Shown piece after piece: positions 1-5,556 of a stretch of 36,960 nt of DNA (within the stretch, counting starts at the first letter, position 1; the number at the start of each line of letters is the position of its first letter). Both the position numbers and the translations under genes were made by a program. The notes under the pieces were generated by a model. The model was not told the DNA's origin and did not search any database. It saw nothing but the letters and a program-made list of their open reading frames with translations. The DNA comes from a virus (lineage: Duplodnaviria; Heunggongvirae; Uroviricota; Caudoviricetes), in IMG/VR virus record IMGVR_UViG_3300026966_000012; one strand, given 5' to 3'.

Positions 1-1107
1 ATGAGCGGCATCCCGGGTGATGACGACGAGCTCAAAGACATGCTTCAGGACATCCGAGACGAGATACGCGATCTCCGTCAGGAGAACGAACGACTCCGTG
101 ACGACTCTGATGACGACGACAGACCCGATGCACCCCCGAACGACGATATCGTCGACCAGTTCATCGACGAGAAACATCTGGCCGAATCGACCGAAAGGCC
201 GTACAGATCAGCCCTTCGATGCTTCCGACGGCACACTGGAGACGTTCCCTTCCTGGATGTCGACGAGGACATTGTGAGCGAGTTCGCTGATACCTACGGC
301 GGCGCTGACGGACCCGATGCCTCGACCATCGTATCGTACCTTCGGCGCTTGAAACGGCTCTACGACTGGATGCAGACCAAACCATGGGGACCACTGAACA
401 ACCCGGTGACGACGCCACTCGACGAGTACAAAAACAGACACAAGGGCGTCCTCAGACGAAGTGGTCAAAACCCCGGGACCGTCGTGAAACCAGAGGAATA
501 TCGACTGTTATTCAAACCAAACAACGAAGCGCGGAGTCGAGCCATCCTGCTCCTCCCCGCGAAGACTGGGCTCAGACGGAAAGAGCTGGCCTGGCTCAAA
601 CTCGAGGATGTCGATCTCGACGAGCTGAAAGTCTACAACAGATCGCCCAAGGGCGTGGGCGAGCAGCGCATCAGTCGTGACCGAGCCGACCCGAAGTTCA
701 TCGACGAAGAAACGGCCGACGTCATCAGGCGCTGGATAGACCAACGAGAACACGTCATGGACGGTCTCGGCGACGGCATCGATGACGGAGGGTGGCTCTT
801 TCCAAGTCGTGATGGATCGAGAGTCGATCCCATGTCCGTCTCGCGATGGTGGTGGAAAGCACGTGAGCGAGCAGAGCGGGTCGTTGAGAGTAGCGATCCA
901 CAAGTTGCCGAAAAACTCGGTGACCTCTCACCCCACGACGCCAGGCGCTGCTTCACCTCGTGGTTGAACTGGAACGATTGTCCACGGGACCTGATCGCGG
1001 CACTGCGTGGTGATGCGGACGCCGATATGGTAGCTCTGTACACGACATACGGCGAAGATCACCTGCGAGAGGAGTATCTACGGGCAATCCCCACCTTCAA
1101 CCTCTGA
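1..1107 (+). CDS. Tyrosine recombinase / integrase (XerC/D-like)
   Basis: KTGLRRKEL (catalytic R), SPKG (K), PHDARR (HxxR), LRGD in place of the H/W box as in haloarchaeal integrases, and C-terminal YTTY (Tyr). The ATG is at window position 1, so the true start cannot be confirmed. Confidence 0.93.
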   Translation: MSGIPGDDDELKDMLQDIRDEIRDLRQENERLRDDSDDDDRPDAPPNDDIVDQFIDEKHLAESTERPYRSALRCFRRHTGDVPFLDVDEDIVSEFADTYGGADGPDASTIVSYLRRLKRLYDWMQTKPWGPLNNPVTTPLDEYKNRHKGVLRRSGQNPGTVVKPEEYRLLFKPNNEARSRAILLLPAKTGLRRKELAWLKLEDVDLDELKVYNRSPKGVGEQRISRDRADPKFIDEETADVIRRWIDQREHVMDGLGDGIDDGGWLFPSRDGSRVDPMSVSRWWWKARERAERVVESSDPQVAEKLGDLSPHDARRCFTSWLNWNDCPRDLIAALRGDADADMVALYTTYGEDHLREEYLRAIPTFNL

Positions 1108-1156
1108 TCGATAGACAGCGCGGTATAAACCGTATGTTGCTATATGGATATTGTCG

Positions 1157-1318
1157 CTAATGCGCAGGAAGTGGGTCCGGCGTCTCACTGTCTTCGAGCT
1201 CGTATGTCCGCAGGAGATCGTTGCATGACGGACACGTTAATTTGAGGCCGGTCCAGTCGCCATCGGTCCACTCAGCCTCGTATCGATCGAACGTTGCACC
1301 GCAGGTGTTACAGTTCAT
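1157..1318 (-). CDS. Small CxxC...CPxC zinc-finger protein (53 aa)
   Basis: Manual translation MNCNTCGATFDRYEAEWTDGDWTGLKLTCPSCNDLLRTYELEDSETPDPLPAH. Acidic, with a TTTAAG box upstream on the minus strand (1351-1356). Below the ORF-track cutoff. Confidence 0.7.
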   Translation of the reverse strand: MNCNTCGATFDRYEAEWTDGDWTGLKLTCPSCNDLLRTYELEDSETPDPLPAH

Positions 1319-1434
1319 GGCCGTTCCCGCGAACCTGCTCTACGGAGCGCCTTAAACCTTCACCGCACTACCACCAGAAACGTACCGCTTTCACGCACCG
1401 CCTTCGCTCGACATCCTCTCTCAAATCGGGCGTG

Positions 1435-1466
1435 TGTACGTACATACGCGCCCATATGTACGTACA
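1435..1466. repeat. Perfect 12-bp inverted repeat with 8-bp spacer (lox/dif-like geometry)
   Basis: TGTACGTACATA-CGCGCCCA-TATGTACGTACA, about 330 bp downstream of the recombinase gene. Confidence 0.85.
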
Positions 1467-1633
1467 GGCATTGTGAGTGCAACCCACTCGCACGATAGAT
1501 TTAAGATCATCCAACGTATTCGTTTTGATACGTCAATGTCACTGACTGCGGGCACCCCCGGCTATCCGCACCTGACGCGTACCTGGCATGATAATATGCC
1601 AGAACACGCCCAACAGTGATCACTCTTAGTTGA

Positions 1634-1707
1634 GCCGGGAGGGCCCGCCTGGTGCGGGCACGTGGCTGTTACCCACGAGGCGCTTGGTTCGAGTCCAAGT
1701 CCCGGCG
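1634..1707 (+). tRNA. tRNA-Asn(GTT)
   Basis: Acceptor GCCGGGA/TCCCGGC, anticodon arm CGTGG-CTGTTAC-CCACG, T-arm CTTGG-TTCGAGT-CCAAG. G8/G14 are atypical. Confidence 0.88.
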
Positions 1708-1734
1708 CCTTCGAGTATCAGAAAAACGAAACAA

Positions 1735-1754
1735 CTAATATAGCATCACGTCAA
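1735..1754 (+). promoter_or_regulatory. Putative promoter of the main tRNA array
   Basis: AT-rich CTAATATA box followed by ATCACGTCAA, about 45 bp before tRNA-Trp. The same 10-mer follows the ligase TATA box. Confidence 0.5.
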
Positions 1755-1788
1755 AGGTAGAATACCCAAAATGGTAAGAAACATGATA

Positions 1789-1863
1789 GGGCTTGTAGCT
1801 CAGTCAGGCGAGAGCAGTCGACTCCATATCGACCGGTCGGGGGTTCGAATCCCTTCGAGTCCA
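1789..1863 (+). tRNA. tRNA-Trp(CCA), intronless
   Basis: GGGCTTG/CGAGTCC, D-stem GCTC/GAGC, anticodon arm GTCGA-CTCCATA-TCGAC, T-loop TTCGAAT. T37 is unusual. Confidence 0.85.
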
Positions 1864-1865
1864 CT

Positions 1866-1906
1866 GGGACCACATCGCGGCAAATCGCACGGTCCCGCTA
1901 ACGATG
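1866..1906 (+). ncRNA. Candidate minimal HDV-like (theta-type) ribozyme in the tRNA-Trp trailer
   Basis: P1 GGGACC/GGTCCC, P2 CATCG/CGATG, inner GCG/CGC, and GCTAA linker before P2'. Starts 2 nt after the discriminator. L3 (GCAAAT) is non-canonical. Confidence 0.4.
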
Positions 1907-1958
1907 AGGGTCGCCTGGGGAGGTGACACGTCGTTCGGGGGCCCCCACGATCCCTCAA

Positions 1959-2032
1959 TGGCACATAGTTCAGTCTGGAAGAACGTCCGGCTCACATCCG
2001 GGCGGTCCCCGGTTCGAATCCGGGTGTGCCAA
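1959..2032 (+). tRNA. tRNA-Val(CAC)
   Basis: TGGCACA/TGTGCCA, GTTC/GAAC, TCCGG-CTCACAT-CCGGG, CCCGG-TTCGAAT-CCGGG. Confidence 0.9.
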
Positions 2033-2165
2033 TCCCCGAAGACCCGGGCCTATCCGGTGACGGGGTCTGCGGCCCTGCTCGAGAGTCGCTAATGCTTGCG
2101 GGCGAACGCGGCCCGTGGGAAAGGCACAAGAGCCAATCGAGAAGGGGGAGCGATCCCCCATCCGA

Positions 2166-2237
2166 GTGCCCGTAGCTCAGTGGTAGAGTCCCTCCTTTGC
2201 AAGGAGGTCGCCCGGGGTTCGAATCCCTGCGGGTACA
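2166..2237 (+). tRNA. tRNA-Ala(TGC)
   Basis: GTGCCCG/CGGGTAC retains the G3:U70 alanine identity pair. Anticodon arm CCTCC-TTTGCAA-GGAGG. Confidence 0.95.
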
Positions 2238-2323
2238 CTGCGACACGGTGATCGACCCCTGCGCTCCGGCGTACAGATCGACACATCGACAGCGCCCACG
2301 GTGGGAAGTACGTGACACGTCCA

Positions 2324-2369
2324 GTCCTAACTAATCTGTCGGAGCAGACCGTCGGAGATTAGTTAGGAC
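2324..2369. repeat. 14-bp perfect AT-rich inverted repeat upstream of tRNA-Lys
   Basis: GTCCTAACTAATCT ... AGATTAGTTAGGAC. Confidence 0.85.
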
Positions 2370-2374
2370 ACGGT

Positions 2375-2449
2375 GGGTCGGTAGCTTAGCCTGCGCAAAG
2401 CGTTCGGCTTTTAACCGAATGACCGGGGGTTCGAATCCCTCCCGACCCG
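2375..2449 (+). tRNA. tRNA-Lys(TTT)
   Basis: GGGTCGG/CCGACCC, TTCGG-CTTTTAA-CCGAA, GGGGG-TTCGAAT-CCCTC. Confidence 0.95.
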
Positions 2450-2599
2450 TGGGGCGGTTTGTCTCTGGCCGCTGAGCTCGGTAGTCCCGAACCACAAAAG
2501 AATCCCAGAGGACGTTGAGTGGACGATCACTCGCGAGTACGCGGGGAGGACGCTTCCCGCAATCAACCCTCATAGTCGGGTATCCCCCGACTTGCCTAT

Positions 2600-2672
2600 G
2601 GCTTCGTAGCTCAGTCGGTAGAGCCCTCGATTTGTAATCGAGAGGCCGGGAGTTCGATCCTCTCCGAAGCCT
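2600..2672 (+). tRNA. tRNA-Thr(TGT)
   Basis: GGCTTCG/CGAAGCC, CTCGA-TTTGTAA-TCGAG, U73 discriminator. Confidence 0.95.
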
Positions 2673-2679
2673 TCTGACT

Positions 2680-2752
2680 CCGTTCGAGCTCACGTGGGAG
2701 TGAGATACGACTGTAGATCGTACCGCTCCAGGTTCGAATCCTGGCGAACGGA
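2680..2752 (+). tRNA. tRNA-Tyr(GTA)
   Basis: CCGTTCG/CGAACGG (archaeal C1:G72), TACGA-CTGTAGA-TCGTA, CCAGG-TTCGAAT-CCTGG. A8 instead of U8. Confidence 0.88.
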
Positions 2753-2804
2753 CTCGGGGACCGCGGCTCGGTTGATCCATCATCTCGACCGAGCAACTCC
2801 CCGG

Positions 2805-2937
2805 AGTCGATGCTGATCTCTGAGCGGCATCCGAAGACATGATCGACGGAGTCCCGTTTAGTGTCAGGCGCCGTGGGTAACTGATTAGTAGCAGCCTACC
2901 CTGGCGCCGGGCTTTTCACGCGGCTTCAGCATCGACT
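2805..2937 (+). ncRNA. Structured RNA candidate closed by a 12-bp terminal stem
   Basis: AGTCGATGCTGA/TCAGCATCGACT enclosing GGCGCC..GGGTA/TACCC..GGCGCC and ACGG/CCGT hairpins. No credible ORF. Confidence 0.45.
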
Positions 2938-2944
2938 TTCAGCT

Positions 2945-3020
2945 GCTCCAGGAGTCTCCGCTGGCGAGAGATGCCTGACTTTCAATCAGGTGGCCGTCGG
3001 TTCGATTCCGACCTGGAGCA
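2945..3020 (+). tRNA. tRNA-Glu(TTC)
   Basis: GCTCCAG/CTGGAGC, CCTGA-CTTTCAA-TCAGG, GTCGG-TTCGATT-CCGAC. Atypical G8 and D-loop. Confidence 0.88.
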
Positions 3021-3101
3021 CTCGCGCCCATGCCCTGTGGCGCACGAGATCGAAGTAATGGGGTAGCATCGTACGATGACCGGGTGTGCACCCACCCTTA
3101 C

Positions 3102-3172
3102 GCGTCAGTGATCCAACGGCAAGACAGGAGCCTTCCAAGCTTCAGATCTCGGTTCGATTCCGAGCTGGCGCA
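3102..3172 (+). tRNA. tRNA-Gly(TCC)
   Basis: GCGTCAG/CTGGCGC, GGAGC-CTTCCAA-GCTTC, CTCGG-TTCGATT-CCGAG. Confidence 0.93.
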
Positions 3173-3366
3173 CTGGGGCTGACATCCCAGTACCACTGTC
3201 CGGCCTATACTCGTGAGCGGCCGAGAAATACCACGAGGGGGTACACCGACCCGACGTAAGAACTGGTAGACGACGATCGCGAGCGGCCTCGAACCGATCA
3301 CCGGGTGCGTTGCCAGCGCACTTCGCAGGTGGCGGGCCACACCTATAGGTCGCGATCTTCGCACGC

Positions 3367-3443
3367 AGTCTCCGGCGCTGCACTGGCGAGCGGCGACCAG
3401 CCTTTGGAGCTGGCGGAGATGGGTTCGATTCCCTCGGAGACTA
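3367..3443 (+). tRNA. tRNA-Gln(TTG)
   Basis: AGTCTCC/GGAGACT (archaeal A1:U72), CCAGC-CTTTGGA-GCTGG, 6-bp D-stem and bulged T-stem. Confidence 0.8.
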
Positions 3444-3492
3444 TCAGGGGCGTTCAACACCGGTAGTAGCCGGTCCCGTTGCGCCCCGCTGT

Positions 3493-3564
3493 GCCGATGT
3501 GGTGTAGTGGCTAACATCGGACCCTGTCACGGTCCGGTCTCGGGTTCGAATCCCGACGTCGGCG
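3493..3564 (+). tRNA. tRNA-Asp(GTC)
   Basis: GCCGATG/CGTCGGC, GGACC-CTGTCAC-GGTCC, TCGGG-TTCGAAT-CCCGA. Confidence 0.95.
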
Positions 3565-3629
3565 TGGGGTTGAGTTGCCCCAACTGTAGGCATGCCGGGC
3601 GTTGGCCGGCCCGATATCCACGGCCACGC

Positions 3630-3700
3630 GCTCCTGTGGTGTAACGGAAACATTGTGCCCTCTCGAGGCGCAGCTCGGGGTTCGATTCCTCGCAGGAGCA
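3630..3700 (+). tRNA. tRNA-Glu(CTC)
   Basis: GCTCCTG/CAGGAGC, GTGCC-CTCTCGA-GGCGC, CGGGG-TTCGATT-CCTCG. Confidence 0.93.
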
Positions 3701-3701
3701 T

Positions 3702-3777
3702 AGTCCCGCGGCGTCTGCTGGCGAGACGTGCCGGCCTCTGGAGCCGGAGATCGAGGGTTCGATTCCCTCCGGGACAA
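3702..3777 (+). tRNA. tRNA-Gln(CTG)
   Basis: (A)GTCCCG/CGGGAC(A) with a 1:72 mismatch, 5-bp D-stem, CCGGC-CTCTGGA-GCCGG, GAGGG-TTCGATT-CCCTC. Begins 1 nt after tRNA-Glu. Confidence 0.82.
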
Positions 3778-3798
3778 GTTCCCGTACGTTGGGTACGG

Positions 3799-3939
3799 GT
3801 GTGGGAGACGATCGAGATCGCGACCCGCAAGCAGATCATCGCCCTGGCCGTGGTACTCATCATGGTTGGTGGCGTCATGTTCGGAGGTATAGGTCTGGAT
3901 GAACAGAGTGGTTTGGATGAGCCCGCATCGCGCCCATGA
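3799..3939 (+). CDS. Small single-pass membrane protein (46 aa)
   Basis: GTG start; IIALAVVLIMVGGVMFGGIG hydrophobic stretch followed by an acidic tail. Sits in a gap between tRNAs. Confidence 0.45.
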   Translation: MWETIEIATRKQIIALAVVLIMVGGVMFGGIGLDEQSGLDEPASRP

Positions 3940-3971
3940 AATAGTTTGAAAGGGCTCACCGACAGCTACGT

Positions 3972-4045
3972 GGCCGGACTGGTCTAACTGGTTAAGATTC
4001 AGCACTGTGACTGCTGAGAACCGCGTTCGAGTCGCGGGCCCGGTC
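3972..4045 (+). tRNA. tRNA-His(GTG)
   Basis: Encoded G-1:C73 His identity pair, CAGCA-CTGTGAC-TGCTG, CCGCG-TTCGAGT-CGCGG. Confidence 0.92.
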
Positions 4046-4102
4046 CTCCGTCAGGTAAATCCACGAACTACATAAAAGTTCGAGGATTTGGCTTGACACA
4101 GA

Positions 4103-4177
4103 TGGGCGATAGCGTAGCTTGGTTATCGCGCGTGCCTTGGGTGCACGAGATCGCAGGTTCAAATCCTGCTCGCCTAA
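4103..4177 (+). tRNA. tRNA-Pro(TGG)
   Basis: TGGGCGA/TCGCCTA, CGTGC-CTTGGGT-GCACG, GCAGG-TTCAAAT-CCTGC. Confidence 0.92.
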
Positions 4178-4252
4178 TGGACTGTGGCACGGGTCATACG
4201 TCCTTCCCGTAGGACACGTATCCTACGGACCATACGGAACAGACACCTCCCC

Positions 4253-4681
4253 ATGTCCACGACAAAGGAGCGACCAGACAACGGTGGGCTGGTCTCAGTC
4301 GGTCAGTCAGAATCGCGCACGAAACACGTAGACGCCGCGCTTGTCGAATCATTTGCGGCGGTCACTGGAGATGAGAATCCGCTCCACCTCGACGACGATC
4401 ACGCCGCCGAGACGATGTTCGGCGAGCGGATCGCCCACGGGATGATCACGGCCGGACTGGTCAGCGCCGCGCTGACGGACCTGGTCGACCCCGAGGTGGC
4501 GACGGTCGTCTACCTCTCACAGACCCTCGAGTTCCAGAAGCCAGTCTACGTCGACGACGAGCTCACTGCGACGGTCGAGATCGTCGAAGATCTCGGTGGG
4601 AGTCGCTATCGACTCCGTACGTATGCAGAGACAGACGTGTCCGTTGTCGATGGTGAGGCGGTGATCTTACTCTCGACATAA
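4253..4681 (+). CDS. maoC: MaoC-family (R)-specific enoyl-CoA hydratase (hotdog fold, PhaJ-like)
   Basis: FAAVTGDENPLHLDDDHA..FGERIAHGM signature and YLSQTLEFQKPVYVDD. ATG 4253 is preferred to the 4184 start. Confidence 0.92.
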   Translation: MSTTKERPDNGGLVSVGQSESRTKHVDAALVESFAAVTGDENPLHLDDDHAAETMFGERIAHGMITAGLVSAALTDLVDPEVATVVYLSQTLEFQKPVYVDDELTATVEIVEDLGGSRYRLRTYAETDVSVVDGEAVILLST

Positions 4682-4692
4682 CGAACGGACGC

Positions 4693-4768
4693 GCCCCTGT
4701 AGCTCAGCCAGGACAGAGCAGCGGCCTTCGAAGCCGCGTGATCGGGAGTTCAAATCTCTCCAGGGGCT
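4693..4768 (+). tRNA. tRNA-Arg(TCG)
   Basis: GCCCCTG/CAGGGGC, GCGGC-CTTCGAA-GCCGC, GGGAG-TTCAAAT-CTCTC. Confidence 0.93.
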
Positions 4769-4812
4769 TATACTACCAGAAATATGATATACGGGCCACG
4801 CGTACACCGTGT

Positions 4813-4998
4813 ATGACCATTTGCCCCCAGTGTGGGAGCGCAATGATACGAAAGACAGGCCGGGTCGGCCTCGACGCCCGTCGACGCCACTACTACCAGT
4901 GTGTGACGTGCGGGAAGATCCACGTTCCCCCGTACGAGAACGATGAGGACGCCAAAGACCCGATCAGCACGAGTGGACTGAAACGGAAGTTCCTCTGA
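4813..4998 (+). CDS. CPxCG zinc-ribbon microprotein
   Basis: MTICPQCGS...YQCVTCG. Confidence 0.7.
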   Translation: MTICPQCGSAMIRKTGRVGLDARRRHYYQCVTCGKIHVPPYENDEDAKDPISTSGLKRKFL

Positions 4999-5028
4999 CC
5001 TGACATCACCTACCACCAGCAACGATTC

Positions 5029-5295
5029 ATGGCACAAGACACCCGACCAACCGGTATCGAGATCGACAACGAACAGCAGACGATCGGCGGTCTTCCCCGG
5101 ACAGAGGATGTCCCCGTAGCGACAGCTGACGTCTATGAGGGTGAGAAAGCGATCGTGCTGTCGGCCGACCAAGCGGCGCGGTACATGGAGATGTACGACG
5201 ACGTTACTGGTGGTATTGGCGGCCTCGGCATGACTGAGGAGGAGTTTGTGGACTGGTGGCTCGAAATGCTGGCAACGATGGTCGTGTGGCCATGA
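5029..5295 (+). CDS. Hypothetical protein
   Basis: Acidic 88-aa ORF with host-like codon use; ATGA overlap with the next gene. Confidence 0.65.
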   Translation: MAQDTRPTGIEIDNEQQTIGGLPRTEDVPVATADVYEGEKAIVLSADQAARYMEMYDDVTGGIGGLGMTEEEFVDWWLEMLATMVVWP

Positions 5296-5459
5296 AGCCG
5301 CGCCCGGTCGGACAGCAACTCCCGCAAGAACAGACGGTGACGACGGCGTACGAGTGCGACTCGTGTGGAGAAATCATTCGGATGCTATCCATCGACGGCG
5401 ATGATCCCATCGACACATGCCTCGAATGTGGGTCGTTCCTGATCCACATCGTCGCTTGA
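5292..5459 (+). CDS. Zinc-ribbon microprotein
   Basis: YECDSCGE...TCLECGS; ATGA overlap. Confidence 0.7.
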   Translation: MKPRPVGQQLPQEQTVTTAYECDSCGEIIRMLSIDGDDPIDTCLECGSFLIHIVA

Positions 5460-5483
5460 CGGCTTACCATTGGTTACCACTCG

Positions 5484-5488
5484 TTTTT
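5484..5488 (+). terminator. Possible oligo-T terminator
   Basis: TTTTT 25 bp after the stop of the 4813-5459 gene run. Confidence 0.3.
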
Positions 5489-5556
5489 CACGACCTATTA
5501 ATTTATTATCGTATCAAACATATTAAGTATTATAGGTCTTTGGCCTATGAACCGAA

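Noticed and set aside
2083-2097. Possible amber-suppressor (CTA) or Ser(GCT) anticodon arm in the Val-Ala spacer
   Set aside because: The loop lacks U33, the stem is weak, and no TTCG T-loop or acceptor stem is correctly placed.
2810-2884. Box C/D sRNA reading of the 2805-2937 structure (ATGCTGA, CTGA)
   Set aside because: The boxes are not placed at the termini with proper guide spacing, and the C-like box is sequestered in the stem.
3190-3244. Resemblance of the Gly trailer to a twister ribozyme (P1 plus a GAGGG 3' end and a loop ending in AGC)
   Set aside because: The UAA cleavage loop and P2 pairing are missing. It is kept only as a generic pseudoknot.
1804-4005. ORFs from the six-frame track across the tRNA array (e.g. 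2331-2840, 3098-3517, 3444-3959, 3511-4005)
   Set aside because: They are antisense or overlapping shadows of tRNA genes, with Arg/Pro/Ser-rich non-halophilic composition. Only the 3799-3939 hydrophobic ORF is kept.
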